Shown here in pieces: positions 13,501 to 25,500 of a stretch of 64,000 bases of DNA. The notes beneath the pieces were generated by a model. It saw nothing but the letters and a program-made list of their open reading frames with translations, made no database searches and was not told where the DNA came from. The translations under genes were made by a program, and so were the position numbers. Source of the DNA: Gnetum montanum (taxonomy: Eukaryota; Plantae; Gnetophyta); contig MNCI01000744.1 in the NCBI GenBank assembly GCA_015680685.1, forward strand, positions 47,783-111,782, written 5' to 3'. Position 1 is the first letter of the stretch. Every line of letters begins with the position of its first letter.

Positions 13501-16500
13501 AATTGAAGGACCAATTAAGTCCTAAACTTCATTAAATGGTCCTTGTCCATAGTTGCATTTCTCACATTGTGAAAACAGGAATGGCTGGAAAAAGAGTTGA
13601 GAAGTTTTTAAGGGTTCATTAAGACGTAAATCCATCTTGGTAGTCAAAGCTTGCTTGGAACATGCATGTCACTTAGGTATAGTTTGTTTTCTCTATTTTG
13701 CTCATAAATTAGAATTTTGATTCCCTTGTTAGTGATGATTCTTCTCTTGAAGGCAATTATTATTGGTTCTTGATAGTGATAGTTTCATGGTTGTTTATCT
13801 TCTTTTTCTCCATGTATTCTTATATGCACACATACCTTCAAATATGTTCTATAATGAAAAATCAGAATTCAAATCCCCCTTCAGAAAAGCAAGTGTTCTT
13901 AACTTCATGCATTCTTTATGGGCCAACATGTAATTTTTTAATGCATATCAGGAAAATTAAAAAATGGTTATGTAGTCAGCTACCGGTACGCAAGTGTGTC
14001 TCATTTTATACTACTATTCTCTACTCAAAATGTCAAAATTACCCCAAAAACAAAACCATTAAATTTTATATAAAACATTTTAAAAAACATATGAGTCACG
14101 TTATACATTTCCTCGTGAATAAAATCACAATATTTTATATAAAACATCAAATCATAAATCCCGTTACACCTTTTCATACTTTGTTTCTTGATTGTGGGTA
14201 AACATTCACCACCATTCCTGAAAATTGTCCACCAACATGGATACTTGTAGCTGTGAATTTTGAAGCTGTAAATTTCTTTGGAGCTATTCCAAGTCAATTT
14301 CTGTTTCTGATGCCTGTGCTGGGGAGCTGTTTGACCGCGGCAGAGTCTTATTTGGTTTCAGGCTTTCCACAGTTTTTTTTTTTTTTTTTTTGAGAGAGAA
14401 TGTTCGGGTTTGTATTACTATAAAGTATGGTACACAAGCATACAAAATAAAGGGACATCAGGGATGGCCCACCGGAAAGGGGAGGAGGTGGAAGCCTCGG
14501 TACCCCTCATAACCGCAGAGTTCAGAGCGCGAAAAGCTCAGAGCTCAAAANNNNNNNNNNNNNNNNNNNNNNNNNNNNNNNNNNNNNNNNNNNNNNNNNN
14601 NNNNNNNNNNNNNNNNNNNNNNNNNNNNNNNNNNNNNACAGGCACACTGAGGCCGTTCAAGCTCATGTAGCAAGTCCAGGGTGTTGCGGTGCTCTTCGGT
14701 GTCCATGAAGTTCGCCGCTTGTTGGATTCCCTGCATAGCAGCCTCTCTCCTGCTCCGGTCAGCCGATGAGTCCCCTGCATCCGGATGGAATTTTGCTGAC
14801 GTGCGTCTAATGTGTCGCCTGAGTTCCCCCCAAGAGCTCTCACAACTAATGCCCAAGAGGCTGTATGGGCAACGCCCCCCCCCCCCAAGCCACTGCCAGG
14901 CATTGTGCTCGTGCGCCCGGTCAAGCTGCCTTTGTCGTTGCTCTTCTTCTTCCTGCATGTGTTTCTGCTCTTCCCGAGCGGCCGCCTCTTGGGCTTGACG
15001 GGCCACCTCCTCCTGGCGCAGCTCCTCTCTAACTTGGTCCCGGAGCTCATCAATGAGTTGGGCACGAGAGGCCTCCATCATGATCGTGTGTTGTCGGGTC
15101 AGCTCTTGTTCTCGTTCGCGGAGCTGGGCCTCGTGTTCGGCACGAGACTTGGCCAGGGCCTCGGTCCACTTTGCCTCCCATTCCCGTTGTTCAGCCTCCC
15201 ATGCAGCAGCGGCCGCCCCCTACTCGGCCTGATGTAATTCCACCGCCCAATTTGGGGGGGCGCTGGGGGGGTCGGGCATGGGGGCAAGTTTTGATGGGAT
15301 CGGCGCCCCCAGGTGAGGCCCAGAACCGTCTGCGGCTGTTGAGTGGCCAGGCTGGGGGGCTGGGATGGTAGGGGGGGCATCAACGATGCACCCTCCAGGG
15401 AGAGCAGAAGACGAGCCCGGTGCCCCCCCCCCCNNNNGCCCCCCTCCTCAACGCCAAAATCAGCCCCGAATGGCGACCTCATCTCTTAAGAAGGAGGGTC
15501 TCAAGAAAAAACCGCGACAGGTTAATCTGGACACCAAACTTCAAGCACCGCAGGAAAGTGAAATGTAATCCCTGGAGCTTTGACACGTTGCTTGACTGGA
15601 CGAAAAAATGGTCCACCAAGTCTGCGGCCCGGGCCCAGAGGCGTGGGAGAGAAGATAGGGGGATCTGGCGGCTCTGCGTTCTTGGGGCCGACCCCTCGAA
15701 AAAGGTGGCGGCATCCTGGAGGCCACGGGTTGTGGGCAGGACGATTTCACCAGCGGCCGGGACCCCCAAACAGCTGGCAGTCGCAGATTCAGTGACACGA
15801 ATCTCGCATCCTTGGAAGTAGGTTCTGTCATTGTGCCAGTTAGTAAAAAATGGGGCGTCAGCAAGGTCAAGGTCGCCGACCAGCCGCTGTAGCAGGTCGG
15901 CCCAGCAACAACGGATAACCAACTGCCATAGCTCCTCGTCTTCCCGGTACTTGGTGCAGTCAGGCTCAAACATTGGTGTGGCTCCCATTGTATCCATTAT
16001 CTCTCTCCATGCTCTTCAGGTCTGCGCGATTTTCCGCTGGGGACGGGGTGTTCTGTCATGCAGAAAAACCGTGCGGTTACGCACCTTCCAGGCGTGCCAT
16101 AAAAGCAGGGATGCCCAGGAGTTGCCATTAAGCCATCTCGGGGGGGCACCGCCGTTGCGCGCCAGATGGCAAGCATGCAAGGGCACTCATGAAGAAAGTG
16201 TGTGAGGTCTGGGCCGGTTTCACATCGTGGGCACGTGTCATCATGCATGATGCCGCGTTGCTGCAGTACGGTGCGTACGAGAAGCGCTTCAGATTTTATG
16301 AGCCAGAGGAACATTTTGATTTTCTCGGGGAGCTTCCCGCACCAGATCTCCTGCCAGCCGTCCTCCGGTGGGTATTTTTGTGTCAGCATGGCGCACGGCT
16401 CGAGGTGGGTCCAGCCCAGATGTATCATTTCCCGTGCGTGCCGGCAGATTGTCTGCCAGGGCCGCGATGAGCACGGTCCAAGTTGCCATGGCGTGTACTT

Positions 16501-19500
16501 TCGTTGGGTGATGCAGGCCCAGTGGCTGAGCTCCCCTTGCATGCGCGTCAGCCTGTGGACGAGCCATTGTTGGCCCATCATCCTTTCGTCCTTGAAGGAC
16601 GTGACCCCCAGCCCCCCCGCTTTACGAGGGTGGGCAATGCGATGCCAGTTGACTAGATGAAGCTTGCTCCCCCCTTTGCCCCCCCCNNNNNNNNNNNNNN
16701 NNNNNNNNNNNNNNNNNNNNNNNNNNNNNNNNNNNNNNNNNNNNNNNNNNNNNNNNNNNNNNNNNNNNNNNNNNNNNNNNNNNNNNNNNNNNNNNNNNNN
16801 NNNNNNNNNNNNNNNNNNNNNNNNNNNNNNNNNNNNNNNNNNNNNNNNNNNNNNNNNNNNNNNNNNNNNNNNNNNNNNNNNNNNNNNNNNNNNNNNNNNN
16901 NNNNNNNNNNNNNNNNNNNNNNNNNNNNNNNNNNNNNNNNNNNNNNNNNNNNNNNNNNNNNNNNNNNNNNNNNNNNNNNNNNNNNNNNNNNNNNNNNNNN
17001 NNNNNNNNNNNNNNNNNNNNNNNNNNNNNNNNNNNNNNNNNNNNNNNNNNNNNNNNNNNNNNNNNNNNNNNNNNNNNNNNNNNNNNNNNNNNNNNNNNNN
17101 NNNNNNNNNNNNNNNNNNNNNNNNNNNNNNNNNNNNNNNNNNNNNNNNNNNNNNNNNNNNNNNNNNNNNNNNNNNNNNNNNNNNNNNNNNNNNNNNNNNN
17201 NNNNNNNNNNNNNNNNNNNNNNNNNNNNNNNNNNNNNNNNNNNNNNNNNNNNNNNNNNNNNNNNNNNNNNNNNNCGATCAAAACCTTTTTTATGCATGAT
17301 GTCTTGTAAGGCATCCCAACTAAGCGTGTCGTATGCCTTTGCTATGTCCAGCTTGAGACACATACCAGGAAAACCCGTGGTACGAAGGGAATGGAGGACC
17401 TCTTGCATGAGAAGAACCTGATCTTGGAGGGTCCTACCTTGAACGAAACCCGCCTGATTGCTTCCAATCAACTTGGGCAGGAGGGGCCCCAGGCAGTTGA
17501 CCAGGAGTTTGGAAAATATTCTAACGAGGACATTGCAAACTCCAATGGGACAAAAGTGTTCCGGGCGGTGGGCGTCCAACTGTTTTGGGATGCAAACGAT
17601 TCAAGAGCAGTTGAGTTCACACCGCACTTGTCGTCTGGCCAGCATGACGTTGAAAGCATCCAGAAGATTGGGCCCCACAATATCCAGGAAGACTTTGAAG
17701 AATTCCAGCGACCATCCGTCCGGTCCAGGCGCTTTGCCTCCCGGCATGTTGTTGATGGTGTTAGTCAGGTCTGGCCAGGAGAAGGGGGCCAGTAGACGCC
17801 GATTGTCCGCTGCGTTGAGCACTTTCTCCACATGGACTGAGATGGGTTGAGTAGGTCGCTTGGTCCAGACTTCCCCCCAGTAGTGCGAGAGCTCATTGGC
17901 GATCCCCTGCGGGTCATCGATCATCTCCACTGTCTGGGTGCGGAGGCAACGGACCTGAGTTTCGCCACAGGCCATGGCGAAAAAGAATTTTGTTTGTCTG
18001 TCTCCCTCGCGGAGCCATCTGACCCGGGATCGCTGCCGCCAATATGTTTCCTCCTCTTGGTCAAGATTCTGGAGTTGACGGAGAAGATGCATCTCCTCCG
18101 AGTACATGTCCGCCCCAATCTCTTGTTGTGCCTGGACGTGGCTTAGCTACTCCCAAACCATCTTGTGGCCAGCCCGAAAGGAGAATTTCTCCCCCACCAG
18201 GAGGGCTCGGATGGCCCACTTGAGCCAAAGGAGAGCATCTTTGAGGAAGCTCCGAGGGTCCATCCGATTAGGCTGGTAATCGGCCCAGATGTCCTCAACC
18301 AAGGGGCGTAGCCACGGTTTGGAGAACCATGTGGTCTTGAACCGAAGGGGGCATGGGGCCCGAGGCTTAGGCGGGCCGATGGACACGACCAGCGAGCGAT
18401 GATCAGAGGCGGCCCGTTCTTGCCCCGTCACGGTGATGGCGGTACCGAGGAGGAGATCGAAGCTGACACAGACTCGATCAATGCGGGAGAGGATACGGTG
18501 CACCCCTTTCCGCCGGTTGCTCCAGGTGAACCGGCAGTTCGCAATGGGTAAATCAACCAAGGAAAATCTATTCAGGCAATCCATGAAATCCTACGCGCCT
18601 GGAGGTGGGGGGCGGCCCCCCCAGACTTCTCCCAAGGGTGCAGACGTTGGTTGAAGTCGCCAACCACCAGCCAGGAGCAGCGGTTGGGCACCAGCTGGGC
18701 CACGCGGTTCAGCTCACGCAGCCATGACTCCTAGTCTTGCGCCCCATAGAAATTGGTCAGCCAAAACCCGTGGGCTGGGATGTGGATTGTAATGGCCCAT
18801 GGGGATGCATCCACTAGAGTGGCGGTGGCCCGTGCGAGAACGGCAAGACCGCCGGCTCTGCCCTGGCAGGGGTGCAAGTGGGTGGTCCAGCCCGCCCACT
18901 GGAGGTGGCCAGATTCTTCCGCTTGCAGTTTGGTTTCTTGTAGGCAGACCATATCACAATTCTCCTCTCTGACAATACGTTGCAGGGTATTTCGTTTATA
19001 GGGGGTACCCTGAGCCCTGCAATTCCAGCTGAGAATCTTCATGTGCAACCAGATGCGCGGCGTTGGTAGACCTCCCGTAAGGTCTGTTGTTGGCCCAAAT
19101 CAATGTTTCGTTGAGCTTGTCTACTTCGGGACCGATGCTCGGTCGGTCGGCCTGGGTGTCCCTCCCCATCTCATACCATAGGGATACAACCGGCCTCCTC
19201 GGTTGGGGACTGCTGTGCCTTGCGCTATCTGGTTCGGGTGCTCCCCCGGACAATGTTAACCCATTCCCCTAAGGGGGGGAGCTCTGGTTCCAGTTCCTGT
19301 GGGAACTGTGGGCGTTGCTGGACGGTTGGTACCCGGGGGGCAGGTGGGTGGTGTCTGGTAGTTGTGAGTGGTGAGATGTCCTGGCTGGGGATATGTGTGT
19401 GGTAGTGGGAGAGAGGGGGTGTGNNNNNNNNNNNNNNNNNNNNNNNNNNNNNNNNNNNNNNNNNNNNNNNNNNNNNNNNNNNNNNNNNNNNNNNNNNNNN

Positions 19501-22500
19501 NNNNNNNNNNNNNNNNNNNNNNNNNNNNNNNNNNNNNNNNNNNNNNNNNNNNNNNNNNNNNNNNNNNNNNNNNNNNNNNNNNNNNNTTGGTTGGATGAGG
19601 GGCGTAGCCATCCCTTACGGCCCATGATGACCCAGTTGCCCCCCTCGAACAACTGGCAAGCCGGGTTAGTCGGTCTTGACCTGCGGAACCTACAGTTCGC
19701 CTCGCGATGCCCAGGCTTGCCACAGCACCCGCAACCGTTCAGCCGGTCCACTCGGGTGGTTGAGCCATGCAGCGTGGGAGCTCCAATGTCCAGGTTTTCA
19801 AAGGTAATCTGGAGGGGTTCCTCCCCCCCGGGGAGTTCCAACACGACCTCCCGAACGAGATCGGTCTCCAACAGGTTGCGCCAAACGCAAAATCTAGCAA
19901 AGCCCATCCGCTCCATTGACCTCGTAACCCGGTCGAAGGCGATGAAGTCGCCGAAGTGTCCCGCCACCTCCTTTAGGAACTCAAGGTATGCATTCTTCAG
20001 ATTAAATTTGTGAGTTCCTTTACCCTTTCCCTGTATTCCAACTTTAGTTTAGTGTGTAGTCTTGTGTGCATGGGATGATGGGGTGGTTAGAGATTGGAGT
20101 GTTGTGGAAGTGATATTCCTTTCTGGATTCAAAATTTGCAAGCTTGATTTTTCCTCCCAAGTTTCTTTTTTCTTCATGCACAGAATTCTGATTATCATTT
20201 GACACAGGGAAGGTAGCAGTGCTGAGTGTTTCATGTATGTTGGTTATTCCCCTTTTTTGCCCAACTATAGTCCGAATCCGTTTATGTGTGGCAAGTCTTC
20301 TAGTCAATATGTATACAGTGTTTCGCTATAACTTGAAATTGTTAATACTACATTACACAAACTGTATACATCTCCAATAACTGCCCGTAACCTTTTCATT
20401 CCTAGATATACAAGATTCCGAGCAGCATATCGTTCTTTTTTGCATGGGTGTTTCCAACTTGGTGATTCTTATTAGTATTTGAACAGTAAAAAAACATACT
20501 GAGACTAGAAAAACAACACACAGTGATTCAAGCTCAATGTCACCAATTTCCCTATGTTTCTAAGGAGTTATAGAAGAAAAAAAATGGCCTTCTAAATTGT
20601 AATTGGTTGACCAAGACTAACTATTTATAGCTGACCCTGTGAGCCAATATTGTGTACTAGTAGTTAAAGATTCCTTCATTTAGTGTTTATGTAACATTTC
20701 ATTCTCGGATGTCATGGCAAATGTCATATCACATAATATTTGACATTATGCATAAAAAAATAAAAAGGAAAATGTAAAAGAAAAATGAAAAGAAATGCTT
20801 TATTAAAATGAAAATAATGTATCTGAGTCACGGTCTGAGGGTTCCTTAGGGTTGGCTTCCTTCAGCATCTATTCCTTACAGGCATTCTGGCATTGCCACC
20901 ATGATTAGGCCTATAACCACCCAGAAGGGACCGCCAACCACATGCTTGTCCTGCTTCACCCAACACCCATTAATCATCATTGATAGCTCCACAACTCCAT
21001 GCTAATACAACCTTTGATGTCCATGTATAAATATCTTAGGTAAAACCCTCAAAGGTCATCTCAAGGGACATGCCCATTATTAGAATGCACCCTTTTCGGT
21101 CTTAATTACAACTTACCCTTTCCAGTCTTCTTACAACTATGTTTTACTAAGGTGATGGAGTCGACAATATTAGTGAGCATCAAGGTTGATGAAGGGGATG
21201 GAGCCTAGATTTATGTATGTATTTGTACTTTCATTTATAACTTAACTTATGAGATGAACATATTTGCTTAGGGCTTTGGCAAGGACAACCGTGGCACTAG
21301 GCACATAGGGTGATGTGACGTACAAATGCATTTGGTAGGCTTGTGGCACATGTACTTGAAATCTATTTTTTGACAAGAGTTCAGGATTTATTAATTAAAA
21401 TTAAAAGAAATATTTACAAATAGGATCAATACACCCGTCAGACACCATTCAACATGCAGGTGCCTCTCTAACAAACCCAACATGATCTCCAGGTGCTACC
21501 ACAAAAACAGAAACCTTCATCGTATTTTGCAATCTCTCCTACCCCAAAACAAGGTCCCGAGACCATTTCAGACACATCTAGCACAGCGCAAGACCCATAC
21601 AACATAAGCTCAACAACACAGCCCAAAATGCCCCAACAATCAATCACCAACAAAAAACTCTCATCCATCCAAAAGACCTAACTCACATTGGGTTATCTGC
21701 AATTGCTGCTACTTCCCCCAGTAGCTGCCTAGGCCAATCCCAGGCAGCGATCCCTCCCAATCCTAAAACTGCTTTGTGCCCTGCTATGGCTATTCTGTCC
21801 CAAATCGCATTTCCCTCTCAACCTTTGTGCAAATCTGCTCATGCAAGTCATCCAGCATGAGTTGCAATCTCATCACCTCCTATTGCAACCAAGTCCTACA
21901 AATCAAACCTTGCTACTCTTCTCTTTGCCTCTTCGCTAGATCCACATCCGTCCACAAGTCCCACTCGCGAGCCACCCAATGAGCCTCCCAAGCATGCCTT
22001 TTGACAGGCCGAGCTTGCTCAACCACATCCCTACATGCCTTTCGTACCTCGGTCTGCATCATCGACCCCTACTCACGCCCATCACTGGTTCCACGAGACA
22101 AACTACCCTTGTCACCCACCTCCCAATCCTAGGCAAAGCCCAACTCAATGCCCGAAACCTCCACCATTGGTAAACCCATAGAGGTGCCAAACTCACCACC
22201 AACAGCACCATGGTCCCATACCACCAAAGAGCCTAAATAAGGCCCAAATGTCTCCCTGGTCTTCGATGCTGCAACGGGTGCAAAAAGAAATGCAGCAGAT
22301 TAACATGCACACCATGATTTAGGTAGTGCAAGAATGCAAAATGCACACCAATTATCTTTGACACAGTTCCAGATTGGACAAGGAACCTATCAACCAACAC
22401 CACCATCGTCTGCCAAATTGGCAACAACGTAGTTCTTGGCATGTGACCACTAGTCATTTTCAACATTCTACCACAGAAAAATTCATTTCCGTACACATAG

Positions 22501-25500
22501 CTATTCATCACCAGCAGAATCTCCTCTCCCTCAACTGATACACCTAACACCTCTGCCACCACCAATTTGGTTAAGACAATTCTCTTTCCATGGAACATCG
22601 GCTCCTCTCCCTCCTAGTTCCCGAAAAAATTATCATCCGTGAGGTCTGGCACTCCTTCGATCTGGGGCAGAAATTCCTCCCACTTGATCCGTCGAACCAA
22701 CATCCACAGCTTGCCATTTCCTTTGAAATCCTACACCGCTGGATCTTGATATTGTTTTAGCCTCATACTATGCTCCACTTCCTCCCACAACCGCATCCCA
22801 GCATCAGCAACAGCAATCAATAGCAACAGCCTTTGCACTCTAAAGATCAAATTGTTGCAGTGCCTCCACACTACCCAAAACACTACTGTCACCTTCTCAT
22901 CCCTATGCAGTCAGACTTCTGAAGCAAGCCCAATAGCTTGCCAAGTGTCCATCACGTAAGCACATCAATACAGTAAATGATTAATGGTTTCATCAACCGC
23001 CATGCATAAGGGACATCAAGGGTCAATATCTAGGCCTCTCTCCTTCAAGAATCCCTATACCAACAACACCTTGTGTGCAATGAGCCATGTGAACACCTTA
23101 ACTTTTTTAAGTAACCTACCTTGCCATATGGCCTTCCAGCCAAGAATTGGTGGATACCTATTCTAAATTATTTCTCTAGGCGGCTTGCCCTAATAGTTGG
23201 CACTATCTCATCTGCATCACATCTCTACACAACTCCACACAAAACCACAATCACCTAGACCTAGGCTCCCAAAGTTAGTACTTCCACCTTACAACGTTGA
23301 TCGACTGCGCATGTTGCTCCCTTTGCACCATTACCCGGTTTGCCAACCTCTGCATCCCCAACAGAACTTCATCATTGAAGGTCAACATTCCAATTCCCCT
23401 TGCATTCATGGGTCTTGCCATTTTTCCCCCAACAAAGGAGGTGAAGTTTGTCTCCTCCCTTCTCTCCTAACCAAATGAAATGTTGAAGGATCTGGTCAAT
23501 TTTTTGAACCACCCCCACCACAGGACAAGCCATGGAGGTCGTAAACCTTGACATTGCCATCAAGACAAACAAAGCTAAAAGGATTTTACCCTTCCTAGAC
23601 ATAAAGTGATTAATCCAATTTGCAGTCTTCTTTTCTAATTTTTGAACCAAGGCATTCCTCGTTGGCCTCTTGTTCTATTCAAACACCAGCATCCCAAGGT
23701 AGGAATCTTGCAACATCTCGGACAGGATACCCAAAGGTTGGCAAATCCTACTCTTCACTTGCACCTCTGTATTGACTAGGTGCAACGCCAACTTTTCCTT
23801 ATTGACTTCCAACCCTAGCTCTGTCTCCATCAACGCCAACACTTTCTAGAGCGCCATGGCCTGAGGCACAGCTGCCAGAGAAAAAAGGATAGTTTCATCA
23901 ACATAGTGCTCTACAATGCAGTGCATCCCTACCACCAACACACCACAAAATCCCTCCATCTTGCAGTACCCCTACAACAAGTCCATCATGAGAATGAACA
24001 GTAGGGATGATAGTAGATCTCACTAATGCAACCCCCCCAGACACCTCAAAACCCCAAAGCCAACCCTCAATATCAAACAAATACCTTCCTGACACCTGAA
24101 TTTGAAGACAAAGATTCACAAATTTAGGTGCAAATCTTTTTCACAGCATCATTTCCTATAATGCCCTCCAGCTTACCGTACCATAAGCCTTCTTAATATC
24201 AAGCTTCATACAAATCTAAGGGAAGCCCGAAATCCAAAACGAATGTGGGATTTTTTGTAACAAGATCACCTGATCCTATAGGAAATGATCCTTCATGAAT
24301 CCTGCCTAATTCTCCCTTACTAGCCAAGGCATTAGCAACGCCAACTGTTGCACCAACATCTTATTGAAGATCCTGATAAGGGTATTACAAACCCCAATTG
24401 GCAAGAAATATGCAAGCGAAGATGGCATCTGAGTTTTGGATACCAAAACAATCCATGAACAATTGATCTCCCGACATACTTCCTACCATCACAGCATATT
24501 GTTAAAAGCATCCAAAAGATTCTCGTCGATAATATCCATGAATTCCCTAAAGAATTTGATGGGCCCACCAGTCAGGCCCTGGTGCCTTGTTAGTCTTCAT
24601 TATGCCCATCATTGTCTCTAGTTCCTGCAAAGTGAAAGGTCTAAGCAATGCTTGGTTTTCAACAATCCCAATAACCTGTTGAACAAGCACTGATAAAGGA
24701 GTAATTTTTTTTCTACTCCACATATCCCCCTAGTGCTATTGCACCAGTTTGACAATCTTCTTCCCATCATCCGTAGCAACCCCTTCATGTAACAGCCTCA
24801 GTTTGTTTTTCTCCTACCCTTGCACCTTGGCCAATGCAAAGAAGAACCATGTTTTTTTGTCCCCCTCCCTAAGCCACGTGATTCTGGCTCGCTACCTCTA
24901 GTAAACCTCCTCCTCAGCAACATTTGTTCCTCTACCACCAAATCTTCGCTATGCTCTTGCCTTGTCTGAACTACTATCAATCATTGGGACAGCTGAGTAT
25001 GATAGGCCCAAAACCCATATTTATCTATCATAGCCCTATCCTTAATATGCATCTTGAGCATTTGAAGGCCCTATTTTAGGAAATCTCTAGGCTCCCTCTC
25101 CCAAGAATAATTTTGCCATATGTCTTGCACCATTGACCTCAGCCATGGCTTAGAGAGCCACGTACGTTTGAACCTAAATGGCCTAGGAGCCACACCCTGG
25201 TTGTCTCGCAATTCACACAAGAGTGATGTATAGTCGAAAGCTGGACACTCCCTGCCCATCACATGAATGTCAAAACTAAGTACTAACCTCGTACTTACCC
25301 ACACCCGATCAATCCACGACCATACGCAATCTTTACCTTTTCTCCTGTTGCTCCACATGAATCTACACCCATCCACCTCCATGTCCACAAGGTTATGCCC
25401 TCGAAAAAATGCCAACAATTCCTACCTTCCCAAAGGGATAATGCCCTCTCCTCCAATCTTTTCCCATGGGTAGAGATGTTGATTAAAATCCCCTATCAGG

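Noticed and set aside
13770-14201. 143-aa ORF in AT-rich DNA
   Set aside because: Intron-like composition with no motifs; a chance ORF.
15995-15999. TAATG stop-start overlap suggesting a separately reinitiated ORF3
   Set aside because: The stop belongs to a frameshifted reading of this copy. The true ORF2 motif (LWHAWKVRN) is already in the extension frame, and other copies lack TAATG.
16622-17421. Long ORFs spanning N runs (also 19225-19723 and 37543-38407)
   Set aside because: Artefacts of translating assembly gaps.
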